From Octopus vulgaris (taxonomy: Eukaryota): a stretch of 64,000 bases of DNA. Below, one piece after another: positions 12,437-26,125 of the stretch; positions within the stretch are counted from its first letter, which is position 1, and each line of letters starts with the position of its first letter. The notes beneath the pieces are model-generated. The model was not told the DNA's origin. It saw nothing but the letters and a program-made list of their open reading frames with translations, and ran no database searches. Both the position numbers and the translations under genes were made by a program. The stretch covers positions 79,918,001 through 79,982,000 of the forward strand of contig OX597827.1 of assembly GCA_951406725.2 (NCBI GenBank). Reading direction: 5' to 3'.

Positions 12437-13613
12437 TTTGTGATGTCTTTGCAGCTTTTTTAATAATACATATACTCTACCTCCAGGATTCAAGTACTAT
12501 TTTTTCCACCTTGTTTCACATTTCTGCACTTACTCTGATATCTTTTATGTTCCTGTTGTGTGGCTTTACTTCCACACACACCAGCTTAATTTAGTTCGTT
12601 CTTAGTCGAAAGACACCTGTTGTTAAACTCCTGTTTGTAATTTGTAATTGTGTAACATTTCTCTGTTTTTTTTTCTTTTCGTCCTTGTTTTCTATACATT
12701 TGTTTGCTTTCTTCCAAAGAATCTAGTGCTCTTAGCTTAGATTTCCTTGGGACCAGCCAGATTAGAGCAGTCTCGAGATTAACCAGCTGAAACTGCAACA
12801 ACAATCTGTTTCTCAACTGAAGATTGAAGGCTCCGAATGTCCCATTCTTGTTTTTTCCTGTCCTTTTTTGTAGCACCTGCTGCCTGAATGTTTTGTTGTC
12901 GCCTGTTACATTTTTGTTCCATTACAAATATATATAAATACATATATATCGGATAAAGAATGAGGAAGTTGTATGACTTTATTTTGCTGACATGTGTTTT
13001 GCAAAACTTGCATAACCATACCTTCAACAGACAATGGTTTGTTTCAACAGACAATGGCATAATCAATTAATTCTTAAATACTGGAACCGTCATCCGACAA
13101 ATTTTTACTCATTGAAGCTCAAAAGTTTTGTTTGACTTTCCAAAGACTGCCATGAACTCAGTTGCTTGAGGAAGTAGGCAATGGGCATATCATAGTACCT
13201 TCTTTTAGTTATTATCTACGTGAAAAGTTCATGGTTGGAGAGGTTAAAATGTTATCAACTGCCAATGTAAGGATGTCTGTGAAAAAGAATGTTAGAGAAG
13301 TTTAATTTGCATTTAATGTCTTTAGTGGCAGCCAAAGCAGGGACGGATTTGTAGTGTGATAAATTAGTCAAGTGCAGAATAAGTTTTGGAGACAGTGTGA
13401 TCTGACAATTTGCCTCACTGTTTTCTATTCAGAAAAATCAGGTTAACAATGATTAAATAAAATTCTTTCACATAAAAATGAATTTAGTTGTATGAAATAT
13501 TCAACTAAATTATATTTCATCCAATATCTGTGGAACCAAAGTTTAAGAAGTCATAGGTTATTTAGTTGAAATTTGTACGTGAGTTAGCTAAGAAAGGATT
13601 CACATCTGCTTAA

Positions 13614-13833
13614 CCCTTTAGTGTTTAAACTGGCTGTATCCGGCCCAAATATTTTACACATTTTATGCTCAAACTGGCCAGAACCAGCATCTCACACCTA
13701 CTCTGCAATGTCATTCTAAAAATAAGCAATTACATCTTTCCTATCTTGAAGCTACAAAATAATATCAGATAAACTTCTTTTAATGTGAATAAATAAGGGT
13801 TACTTTTGACAAATTTATCTTAATGCTAAAGGG
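13614..13833. mobile_element. piggyBac-type MITE
   Basis: TTAA on both sides (13610-13, 13834-37); TIRs ccctttagtgtt / aatgctaaaggg. Confidence 0.85.
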
Positions 13834-15575
13834 TTAAGGTTCCACAATGAAAGATTCAAAAGCTGTAGTTTAATCGCATTAAATTTATCCAAGAATTTTT
13901 ATTTTCTGTTCTACTGTGAATAAATATTCATTATTTAATCAAGCTGCTGACAAGAGATATGTAAATTTATCTAACTATTACAGCTGAATTCTAGTTTGTG
14001 TTCGATTTAAATAGTGATTTACTATCAGTCCTCTTCATGAGCAGAAGAAGGAGTGAATGCACTGATGAACAGTCAACAAACCATGAAAAATGTTTGGGTA
14101 ATTTCCTTTACTTCTCTGAGTAAGAAGTTGTCATCAGATTATTCCTGCATATGTACTTAATACCAGGATGGATTCAAACTAGGAACTGTTGTTGCTAAAC
14201 CAATAACAGTTACACTTTTATCCACAAGGTTATTGATATGTCTCAAATACTTTTTTAGAAAAAATTATGTAGGCATCAGCAATCTCATAGTTGAATCTAA
14301 AAGCTAAAACATTAATTAGAATTTTAATAGCCAGTACAACAACATGTCATTTATAACATAGATCCAATATTATAAGGACAAGACGGAAAGATTAAGCAAA
14401 GTAGTTGCTATTAGAATTGGGAGGAATGAACAAAAAAAATTACATGAGATTATAACTGTGTGACCATTAAGTTAGAATAATACACAAATATGTAGTCACA
14501 AGATAAGACATATCTAGAGTGGTAGAATGTCTAGGAATCGTAAAGACAAACTGTGAGCAACAGAAGAAATAGAAATATCTTCAAAGCAGTACATAGTTTC
14601 TGTCATCAGCTAGAATATTGAACTGAAACTGGAGCATGAGGTTTCAAATTTAGGGAGGATATAGTTCAGGAAGGTTCTCAAGCCAGGGTACACTTGCCCC
14701 TAGGCTACACAAGAGAAAATGGTCAAGGTACGCAAGATTTGTAAAACACTTGTATTTATTTGTAATCACAACCAACTGAATGGAACTTGTGTGTCTAGAA
14801 AATGTGTCAGCAACCCTTTCACTGTTGTGAATAAAGATTTTCAGCAATGTTGATGACCTAAAATAAATTTCCTGCCAATCTTTAATCTCTGTGTCAATCA
14901 CTGAGTTGTTGAAAAGATCCAGCTTTAATCTCTCTGGTTAAAAACGTTTCATTAAATTAAAAGAAATTCATTTCATACATTGGATCATGACCAGCATTTT
15001 AGAGGGAAGGAACAGTTGGTTAGTTAACCCCATTACATGACTGGTACTTCATCTTATTAACCCTGGAAGAATGTCAGGCTAAGCTGACCAAGGTGGGGAT
15101 TTGAACTCTTGAAGTTAAATTAATAACAAATAATACATGTCTTTTGTCTGTTGTTTGATATCCAGCTATTTTCTATGGAAACTATAGGTTCCCGATATTC
15201 TTCAGATGGAATACATCAAAGCTGCTGGATATACTGAAAGGGTATTTACAGGGAGCCTCTACGTGGTGATTTGACCTGTTAGAAACAGCAGTAGAATCTT
15301 CCTCAAGCTGTGATAATGGTGGTGGTTGAAATGACAGTGGTGATGAGGATGGTGTAGAATGGTATGGTTGTGATTGAATGTGGTAAATAGGATGATGGTA
15401 CTGATGATGCTTCTACTGATGATGATGATGATGATGATGACGACAATAAGGAAAACTGATTTTCTCTTTAAATCTTAAAAGAACCTGGGTGGAGAGTGGG
15501 GGTAAAAAGCAGGTTACTTCTGAAGCACCACTGATGCACACTAACACACATGTATGCATACACAGACACATGCAT

Positions 15576-15614
<39 letters not shown>

Positions 15615-17292
15615 ATGGTAATGATAGCTTGTTTTGTCAAAATCACAGTCGTGATGACATAGCAACTGCCTCGCAACGCTGACCCCGAGGGAAAGAAAGA
15701 AACAAAGAAAGACAGAAGAAGATTGCTTGTTTATGTGTCTTGGTGTGGACAAAACTGTCTGTTCTGGCAAAGGAAGTATTTGCCACAGACAGCACACACA
15801 GGGTTGCTAAGATAGGATTCACAAGCTTTTCGTTTAGCAGTTGCTATGCAGATCCTCGATGATTCAAATGCCTTGGGGCCCCTGGTTTGGCATCTCTGAA
15901 AATCTTTGTATCAGAAATCCGATGCTGGTATTTTTATGCCAAGAATCTTCCTTAGGCAATACATGTGGAAATGGTTGAGCTTTTTAGCATGAGATGCTGG
16001 CAGAGGATGAGAGAAGAACAAAAGCAAGAAAGAAAGAGTAAGCTTAAGATAAAGCCAAAAGATAAGTCGAGCTAACATCACTGATCACAAAATGTAGAGG
16101 ACGACGGCTGAAGTATCAAAGTGAAAAGTCAACAGATTTGAGAAGAGAGAACAATGTGTTGATTATATACAAACATAATGAAAGAGAAAAAGTGCAAAAA
16201 CCAACTGAAAGAACATCAGTAAGAACTCTGAGAAAGAAAGAATAGAGAACAATTGTTTAATTTGAGAAAGGCTCAAAGAAGAAGACAATATCAGGGACAG
16301 TTTGAGGCTTCTATGATCAAAATCTTTTTTTTTCTTGATAATCTCAATGCAGCTCATTATCATAAAAATCTTTAAAATACAAACAACAAAAACAAGAAAT
16401 ACAAAATTTAAGCATCAAAAAAAAAAAAAAAAGAAGAATTCTATGGGTCCCTAGTTGGACCTATGGAAATTCCCTGTTTTTTTTGGGGTTTTTTTTTGTA
16501 AATTCGATCTTTATATTTATGTATTGTTATCCCACTGAAAATATTGTCTCCAAAAAGTCAAAACATTATCGAGAATCAACACTAAGGGGAGCAGTGCTAT
16601 GGAAGGTATTATAGTGTGTGTGTGTGTGTGTGTGAGTGTACATATGTAAAGTATGACATGTAAGCAAAGTTAAGGTTCAGCAGCACATCCACCCCACCCC
16701 CGCCCACTCCTATGTCCAGTGCAGTACAACTTCCACTTCCAGGGTATCATCACTCCTGAAGGAGGAACCCCTCCCTGGACCTCTTCCACCACTGGCTGTC
16801 TCTGGCCAGTCATCATAACATCAAACCACAGAATAGGCTGCAGTGTGGAATGGAGTCGCAATAATAATTGATAAAGTACAGAAAACTCGTATGATATTTT
16901 ATGCTTTATAAAACACATTTTGCATTTTGTCAAATTAACTGCCAGGCTTACATAATTGTTTTCCGCAAAAAAAAAAATGATGTTAAGTGTTTGATATATC
17001 CTCGTTATGCAATATCAGTGGAGTGGCTGCCCTCTCATCCTAAGAGAGACGTTGTCAACTTGAAAATACCTGATTCACTAAAAACTCTTTCAAAACTAAA
17101 ATATAAATCTAACAGAATATTAGTTCTCCGGTTCTGGTCTTCTGCCTGTAAAAATATTTCATTGTTAATCAAAAATAATACCCATAGTAAAATGTCCAAA
17201 CTGCAATTATTTGAGGTCTCTGGATGAGACTTGGAATAGCTTGCATAAGAAAAAAAACAGCCGTAATGTAAATAATAATAATAATAATAATA

Positions 17293-18460
17293 GTTGCAGG
17301 CAACTTTAGACCAATAATGTGCATTCTGCTAATGTGGAAATTGATGTCAGGTGCATTGGCTGGTGAACTATATAGCTACCTGGGAAACAGTAGGCTGCTC
17401 CCTATTGATCAGAAAGGGTGCCGAAAGAGGAGCCAAGGAACAAAGGATCAACTCTTAAAAGATAATCTAATTATCAGGAACTGCAAGAGAAGACACACAA
17501 ACCTGACCATAGCATGGGATCACTATCGTAAAGCATACCATATGATACCACACTCTTGGAAAATAAAAACAATGGAAATGGTATGGAGTAGCTGAAAATA
17601 TGAGAAGTCTTAAATGGAAAAGCATGAAATGTTGAAGAACGGAATTGACAGCTTCTAATGATGCATGGAGCCCATCATCCCCATCTGGATACTGATCACC
17701 TACACATGAAGAGAGCAAATGGAGGAAGACTGTGTGGAAGACTGTGTGCACATCGAATTCAAGAGCTTAATGAGATACCTAGCTGAAAGTAAGGGAACCT
17801 TGCTGGTGTCAGTTAGGAATGAGGGAGTATTGAAAGCAGAGCAAAACGAGAAAAAACATAGGAAGATGTGCAAAAAGGACATGAAGAAGTATTATATAAG
17901 GGACTAGACAATCAATTCCATGGGGCCACAACAGAAGTTACTGGAAAAAAAGGTGGGATTGGCTGATGACACTGTTCACTATGATACTATGTAATGTTAA
18001 AATAGCCTACAATTTGGGAAAAGGAAATGGTCAGATAAATCATTTCCTTTTCATGGATGATATAAATGAGAAACAGCCTGGAAGTCTTGTAAAGAACAAT
18101 CCACATTTTCTCAAATGTTGTAGGTATGGAATTTGGGATAGAAAAGTGGGCAATACTGAAAATGAAACAAGGAAGATTTGAAAGAAGCCAAGGAATTGTA
18201 ATGCCAAATGGTCAAAGAATGAGAGTGGTTGAGAAAGGACAGTGGTACGAGTACTTGGGAATACTGGAAGCAGACGAGATAAAAAAAAAACTGAAGAAAA
18301 GAAATAAATTACCAGTTGGGAGTACACAAGGAGGGTGAGAAAATTATTGTAGTCAAAGGTGAATTCCAAAACTTTTGTTGAAACAATAAATTTAAGATCA
18401 GTTAGCTTAATCAGATATGGAGTTGGAATTATAGACTGGACCAAAAATGATAGAAAGTAA
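17293..18460 (+). mobile_element. 5'-truncated R4/Dong-like non-LTR retrotransposon RT fragment
   Basis: [73 protein letters not shown]. Starts right after a (TAA)n run. Confidence 0.75.
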
Positions 18461-18479
18461 GCTATGGACACATAAGAGG

Positions 18480-18900
18480 TGCAGCAACATCAAAGGAAGA
18501 TTAAACCAGGAAGATAGCTTTTGTGTGCAGCAGATTCACAGGGGCAATAAACACCACAGATGCTCAGAAAACAGATTCCATCACATGCCAGGAGAAGAAA
18601 CTAGAAGTAGTTGATAGCTTCCATTACGAAGGTGACCAAGTCTGTAGTGAGGGTGGATGCTCAGAGAGTGTTACCACTAGAATAAGAATAGCCTAGGCTA
18701 AGTTCAGAAAGCTTCTACCCCCACTGGTGACAAAGGGTCTCTCGCTCAGAGTAGAAGATAGTTTGTACGATGCAGGTGTGTGAACTGCCATGCTTCATGG
18801 CAGTGACTGCGTAGGCTCAAAAGTAATGAAGCTAGCATGATCCGCTAGATGTGCAATGTCAGTGTGCACACACAACAGAGTATGCACATTGCTATATAGA
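18480..18900 (+). mobile_element. RTE LINE C-terminal fragment
   Basis: KLEVVDSFHY...SEGGCSESVTTRIRIA*AKFRKLL...KGLSLRV...TAMLHGS. Confidence 0.75.
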
Positions 18901-19679
18901 CATCAGAACAAATATCTCCTCACATTATCATGGAAAACTGTGACTGCTTTCTAAACTTACATCGCTCATCCCTCAGCATATGGACATTCACTTCCTGCCT
19001 TTCTGGTCTTTTCTTGTCTCACCACTGCATAAAATTGCAACTTGTACACAAACACCACACGGTCTGCCTTACTCTCTGTGAGAGAAAACCTTCATTACCA
19101 GCAGATAATAGCTCTCTGAACTTGCTCCAGCCTTTCTTATTCTAGCTACTATTCTTTTAGAAAATCCTCTTCCGCTGCTAATTAGGCAACCTAAGTGACA
19201 GAGGCCATCAACAACCTTCTGTGCATTTAAAAGAATCTGTTTCCTGTGTGCTCTTAGTGTTTATTGTTCCAAAGTATCTGCCATGTGCAAAGTCTGCTTT
19301 CTCTGTTTAAATGCTTGTCATACTGCTGCAGTTATTGTCTACTCATAGTTTGCCCTGAGCACACCATATGGACTTTCTGCCTACTCCTTTTCTTTGTATT
19401 GAACAAGGCCATCTCTCTGATGAATGCAAAGGACTTAAACAGATGAGTCTCTACAAAGTTAACTTTGAAGTCTTTTATTTTAGGTGTAACTTCCACATCC
19501 ATAATTTCTCTGCTAATCTTGCTACAGATTCAGTTATGGGAATGAAGTCATTGTCATCATGGAAGTTTTCACAGGCATCCAGTCATAAACTTCTTTCATG
19601 TGTCCAATATACTATAATGAATATACAGGGATTATAATATAATGAATATACAGGGATTAAGAACTAAGCCATAGTGGAC

Positions 19680-21640
19680 CCCTGCCGGCACATTAAGTTT
19701 GTCACTACACTCATCACTCTCACCTTGCTGATAACATCCACGTACATGATTTGTTGGACTCTCGTAGGTCATTTATCTCCTCCCAGCTTTCTCAGTAACC
19801 TCCAGATCTCAGAACAAGGGAACCTGTCAAAAGCTCACTCCAGGTTGGCAAATGCTAAGTACTTCTCCTTGTCATACATCCAAACTGCATCTCATCCAGG
19901 CCAATGCTCTTCCTGATTAATTGAGCTTATAACTCTTTCTGAAACCTAATCCAGTAATTTCATACACTTGTAATTACCACTCTGTAAGGCATCTCTTGTA
20001 ACAGTTGACCCTTGTAACCATTGACTACAATGCAGCTACACCAGTTAGTGGGTGACATCTGATATCTCCCTGTACAACCTGATTGAGTACTCAGGTAACT
20101 CGCCCAAACCCTACTTTTCCAGATATTTTAAGTGCCTCATTGGTAATTCTTGATGGACCAGGGACCTTCACTGCCTTCATATCATCTATGGATTTATCAA
20201 TCATACTGGCATCTACTAGAATGACTGGTTGTCAGTTGACTATATGCTGAGAAGGTCCTCTCTCTCTCTCTCTCTTCCATTCATTCTCTACATTTAATAG
20301 CCTTAAATATTTCATGCTGCTTTCTTTTCAGGGTTACTAAGTGCAAGTGGGCCATTATCCATCTCTACTCACTTCTCAACCACAACATCTGATTCTCTCT
20401 GGTACATTACAATCCAGAATATGACCACCCATTTGAATCTCAATAGAACCTTATTCATCTCTTCCTGTCTGCTCGTTCCTTTGCTATGTACACCTGCTGT
20501 CCCTTTAAGCTATCCAATATGGATCTCTGCTACTCCCTTTCATCCAGTTTTTCAAAGCCTGTTTCTCTTCTTTCTACCTCTGCCTACCTTACTGCCCCAT
20601 CACCATATCACCTTCAATCTGGCTGAAATCTTACTCCAGTCCCCTAATTTCGTCTGAACCCCTCAGCAGGTTGTCTCACACCAACTTCCATTTGTCCTCT
20701 TTGTTATTGTTTCTATTTTTCCCTCTCTTTTCTCAAATATTTCAACTAGTTCTTATAAATTTCCAGCTGTTCAACAGATCTTTAAGCTTCTATATTATTA
20801 CGTTTATGAATTTGTTTTGGAAGATTCCTGATGAGAAATCATAGTTTGAAACAGATATTCTTATATTTTGGGATGGTCATTTTTTTTTACTTGCCAAAGA
20901 ATGGACTGAGCAAAACAGAAGGAGACGTGTGAGATGGAAGAGTTGCTGTTGAAGTTACAGGAGTGTGATGAAAAATTTCCAGACAACAGATATAAGAGAA
21001 ACTAAGAACAACAATAAACAAGTGAAGAACGAATAGACAATGTGTGTGTTTATTTGGCGAGAGAAAAAAAGACCATCCCTAAATATAACAACTTCTACAT
21101 CATCCTTTTCCAAACTACCTTCAAGTCTGAAATCACTAATCGTTAGTGAATACACTACAGACCAATTAGCATAGAAATTCATTAGGGAAAGACATGATAA
21201 GCCTGTGTTGGGTGTTGCATTGTTCACCAGTGAAAGACTATATCATTTGTCTGTCTCATTTCCTAGAAAAAAATGATGTTTATCTGGTTTGTGTGTTAAC
21301 CTGAGTGAACAATGACCGGGTAGCCAAGTGGTTTCCTGAAGTTAAGTGTTGCAAATTATTAAGTCATTAGCATCACAGAACTCCCCCCCAGTTGCCTTGT
21401 TCCCTTTTTCTTGAATCTAATCCTTAACCTCCATGCGCACCATGTAATCCATCAGAATGTCTGTTGAAGTCATCAGCCACAATGATTATGTCATTGTCAG
21501 TTGTCGTTAAGGTCCTTTGCAAGGGAGCCTCGTAGAGTCAGTACCTTGGTTTATCTGCCAGTTCAGATTGTGGAGCATAGACATAGATAAATGTCACCGT
21601 TGCATTAATCTGGATTGTCTAATCTCAGTTATCCTGTTAC
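19680..21640 (-). mobile_element. Degenerate RTE LINE (endonuclease ~21300-21640, RT ~19680-20640)
   Basis: Minus frames give VTFIYVYAPQSEL...IIVADDFNRH...EFCDANDLIICNT and MKAVKVPGPS...LDEMQFG...AFANLE*AFDR. Confidence 0.7.
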
Positions 21641-22584
21641 ACATTGATTGCCTCAATCCCTTTATCCAGTCATAAACCTACTCCACCCACACCCCTCATT
21701 ATTGTCTACTTATGCCCATATTCACACATATACAAATGCACACACAGACACACACACACACACACACACACACACCGGTCAGGATTGTTGTGTGGTTTTT
21801 GAACCAAAATTGACAATCAAATGTTGTTATCAAAGGAATACAAGTTATGATTATTGGAAGAGAATTGTATCATTTTAAAGAAGATTACTTCTTACATCAT
21901 ACAACTTTCTGGAAGATGATATTCGTTAATGGATTTATGTGTACATCATCATCATCATCATCATCATTTAGCGTCCGTTTTCCATGCTAGCATGGGTTGG
22001 AACATGCCACCGGCACTGGTAACACATCTGCAATTTCCATTGATCGATTTCCATTGATCGATTTCCATTGATCGATTTCGATTCTGATCCTTACAATTGC
22101 AAAAATATATGTATGTGTAATAAATTCATAAAAGCTGGTTAAGACTATTAGAGAAATATAATTAGGAGCATAAGCTACAGAGCCATTATAAAAGATTGGT
22201 ACATAACTTAAAGGAATACACTACAGAGCAATTAGAGAAGAGCATACAAATTCATTAGGGAAAGGTATTATTAAGTGCTTTAGAGGAAAATAGGGTGAAT
22301 GCATGAGAAGGAGTTTTACAAATTTTTTAACCAAAAAATAATTTTTATCTTGGGGTCATATTTTTTTTACTTCATATACAGACATGGCCAGCAAAAATTT
22401 TAATATTTTTTTCTAGCATTTTCTATTGTTCTTGTGTAAGTTCAGGGCCTCCTATTTTTTGCATTGTTTGTTTTGAATAATTGTGACAGGTAAAATTGAA
22501 TTGACTATATCCACTGTTAATACTTTTATTAAAATCCCCCAAACCCTATTATGAATTAAAATACTTGGAACAAAGGAAACTTAC

Positions 22585-24945
22585 CTTTAATGATTTTGGC
22601 AGTCTTGGAACAGTTGGAGTATTCCAGTCTTCAGAATAGTACTGGCTCCTCGAATGACAGTATCTGTCCGATATCTCTCCTTGATTACCTGACATCACAG
22701 AGACACTGTTGTTACCTTGATAGATCAACTGTCTCATCTCATTCTGACATTGGTATGCCTGTTTATTTTCTGTTCTAGATGAGCCGTGTCTCACATTACC
22801 TCGAATAATACATAGTGTTATAGAAACCACAATAGCTATAGATACTATCACAGCTGCTACTACAATGATAATCAACAATGTCGCATCTATTGTGTTATCA
22901 CTTGGTAGGTGGACAGCCGTAAACATTGGTGATGTCTTGTTGCTAACAGTCAGTGTCAAAGAGATGCTAGTTGTTGCTGAGAGAACTGGAGTACCACTGT
23001 CTTTCACAACAAACTCAAGCTCATATGATCCGGCATCATTTTGGTAAACTGTGCGAGAGTAAGATAACACACCAGTGAACGAGTCCAGTTTAAATAACTG
23101 TCTCTCGTTACCTGAAACGATTTCATACCTGAGAAAAGCATTCATGTGACTGTCTATATCAGATGCTTTCAGAACTGTGATGTCGTTCTTACTTTGCGGA
23201 TGATAGTGGACATCAAGAGTGAAAGGGTCAACACTAGGAAATGTAAAATAGGGAGCATTATCATTTCTATCCAATACTTCCACTTCAACATTCACTGTGT
23301 TATTCAGAGATGGGGTTCCATTGTCTTTCACAAAAACCTCAAACTCATAGAAATCTCTGTGTTCTCTGTCTAAAGACTGGTTTGTTGAAATAAAGCCAGA
23401 GTTGATAATCTGGAATGGCAGACGATATTGCTGTTTATTTCTCAGAGAATAAGACAATTCACCTCCCTTACCAATATCTGGGTCTGTAGCATTGATAAAG
23501 CCAATAGGGAAATTAGCTTTGTCATTCTCATAGGTAAGGAACTTGAATGTGTCTTTCGTAAAGTGTGGTTCTACATCATTCACATCCAACACTTGGATTG
23601 ACAGATCTTTATCAGTTTTCAGAGCAGGTAATCCTTTATCTTCACACGACACAGTAAAGTGATAATGTTCCTGTGTCTCTCTGTCTACTGCTTTCTTTAG
23701 AACTATTTTATATTCCTTCGATCCCATTGACTGTAGTTTGAATGTGTCATCTTTGATATGACAGTTCACCTGTCCATTGTGTCCAACATCATTGTCAGTG
23801 ACCATCACATAAGCAATGAAACTACCAACTTTGATGTCTTCGAAAATGGTTGCTGTGTTGTCATTGATAGCTGAGACAAAGTCTATATCAATATTTGGAG
23901 GATTATTGTGATGATTGATAACTTTTATCATAATGGTGGCTATGGAACTGAGAGGAGGGCTGCCTCCATCTCTGGCTTCGATGTACAACTCAAAATTATT
24001 CTTTTCCTCAACATGAGACTGTTTAGTCAAAAAAATTTCCCCAGTCCGTTCATTCAACCGAAATTTAGTTTTCATATTATTTGAGTTCATAGGACTAAAA
24101 TCATAAGAAACAATACCGTTATTGCCAATGTCTAGGTCATTAGCAGATAACTTCAACACCGGTCTGTCTAATTCATGTGTACTTTCTATGGATATATTAT
24201 AAACATTCTGTGAGAAGACTGGCTGGTTATCATTTTCATCTTTAACTGTAATTTCTACATTTAAGCTGCTCTGCTTTGGTGGGGAACCACCATCCTTTGC
24301 TACAACTTCAATATTATATGTATCTTTTACTTCTCGATCTAATTTTGTTTCTAAAATAATCTTTAAGGAGGATATACCATCAACTCTTTTAGTAACAGAC
24401 AATGAAAATGGTTCACCATCAATTTTTTTTAAATGATAATTGATCATGTGATTTTGGGAGAAAATGTCTTTATCAATAGCATTGGGGATAGTCAGCTGTG
24501 ACCCTTTGCTATCTCGTTCTGAAAACTGGATACTAACATGAGAGTTAGGGAAGTTTGGCTGATGGTCGTTAATGTCTTCAATAATTATTTTCACTTTAAG
24601 GATCTTCAAAAACGATTTCCCTTTCCGAATAGCAACTTTAGAAACTCTACTACATTCTTTGTTAAAAGTACAGAGGGATTCAGCGTCCAGCTTGTGTGCT
24701 GTATACAATCCTCCATTTTCACTCACATTAAACAACTGCGTCTTTCTCCGTTGCACCTCACTGAATGTTATCAAATGTGCATCCTTGGATGGGACAGTAT
24801 CGAAGAAATGGGAATCAGCAGCAACGTCTCCAATATAAGTGCCGGGACTTTCTTCTTCTCTGACAGTGTAAGTAAGGTCAATTGATTGACACTCCTGAAC
24901 TGAGAGCAGAAATATTACAATCAACATCATATTTTCGCTTGTCAT
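22585..24945 (-). CDS. Pcdh: Protocadherin large coding exon: signal peptide, six cadherin repeats, TM, proximal cytoplasmic tail; continues in unidentified downstream exon(s)
   Basis: Uninterrupted ORF with LDRE/VDRE, AxDxD, DGGSPP and DxNDxxPxF motifs; EC1 LDAESLC...C signature; TM LLIIIVVAAVIVSIAIVVSITLCII. First in-frame ATG at 24945 (or 24930). Phase-0 donor AAG|GTAAGT at 22585/22584. Confidence 0.95.
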
Positions 24946-24986
24946 TGTGAAAGGCAAAAGACAGCCATGAAATTAACCCAGCGTTT

Positions 24987-25010
24987 CTGCAATGAAAGGA
25001 AAGCAAAATG
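24987..25010 (-). promoter_or_regulatory. 3' splice site opening the protocadherin coding exon
   Basis: Minus strand cattttgctttcctttcattgCAG|aaacgc. The exon starts at 24986, 41 nt before the ATG, implying an upstream UTR exon. Confidence 0.75.
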
Positions 25011-25378
25011 TTTATTTCAAAATATTATTTTGAAACATATTTTAGACATAATTTCTTTTTAAAACTAAGAAATATTGTTTTTGTGACAATAAAAAAACAC
25101 CAAGTAGCAGGCAAATAAGATGTTCAAGTTATAGACTCATATCACAGTTATAGATTTGTTCTCCACTTTAGCCACATATTGCATTTTCAAAACAAAAGAA
25201 TCTGAAACAATATTAAGCTGTAGAGTTAAGCCATCAATCATTGACAGAGAATAATGTTTTTACGATGATTTAGAAACACCTTGCTAATGAAACCAGACAG
25301 GATTGGAAAGCTAAATCTCAACAAATTGGATTAAAGCACTCACTCTGTACTATATATGTTAATCTCTATTTCTCTCCC

Positions 25379-25448
<70 letters not shown>

Positions 25449-25528
25449 GTTTATTTAGTAGTAGCAGTAGTAGTAGTAGTGGTATCAGCAGAGCTCTAAG
25501 AAACGAAGCAGTGATGAGAAACCTAAAG

Positions 25529-25573
<45 letters not shown>

Positions 25574-25596
25574 ATACCAAAAACTTTTTTTTATTA

Positions 25597-25632
<36 letters not shown>

Positions 25633-25659
25633 ATAATATGTTACTTTACTCGGTAGTCA

Positions 25660-25722
25660 AGATAAAACTCTGAGTTTCAGATGCCGAAGTGGAAATCCAC
25701 AACACCATCTCTTCGGTTATCT
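25660..25722 (-). ncRNA. Hammerhead-like motif (U4C core variant) in a TA-flanked insertion
   Basis: agataa-CCGAAGA-gatg..gtgga.ttt.ccac..catc-t-GAAAC-tcaga-GTT-ttatct, with a perfect 6-bp stem I. Confidence 0.55.
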
Positions 25723-26125
25723 GGCTATTTGAAAACGCTATGAAAAAATACCGTTAAATAAAGGGAAATTACTGTGTTATAATTCTGCTTGCCTGCGTAC
25801 TTATACATCGCTCGCATTTTTTGTCATAAAAATTATATAAAAATACATAAAAAATATATAAAAATATATAAAAGTATATAAAATCTTCTTGGGACATAAC
25901 ATAGAAAACATGTTCTATCTGTTTTCTTTAGGGGACCAAAAACGTAACAGAAATTTAGTCACATGTGGGCATGATCCGAAAAGTTCTGTCCTTGTATTTA
26001 GACATGTAGTAGGGTCTAAGCTGCTTTTCCAGATAAGCCATCTCTCCATGTCGCATAGACCGCACCTTCCTCTATTTACATAATATTGAGGTCTCTTTCT
26101 TTCTTTTGTTATCTTACCGTTTTAT

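Noticed and set aside
20828-20865. CTGATGA...GAAAC hammerhead candidate
   Set aside because: No convincing stem I and no palindromic stem III.
22549-22584. ORF-track C-terminus VSFLCSKYFNS* and TTG start at 24957
   Set aside because: The C-terminus reads into the intron past a consensus donor, and TTG initiation is unlikely when an in-frame ATG lies at 24945.
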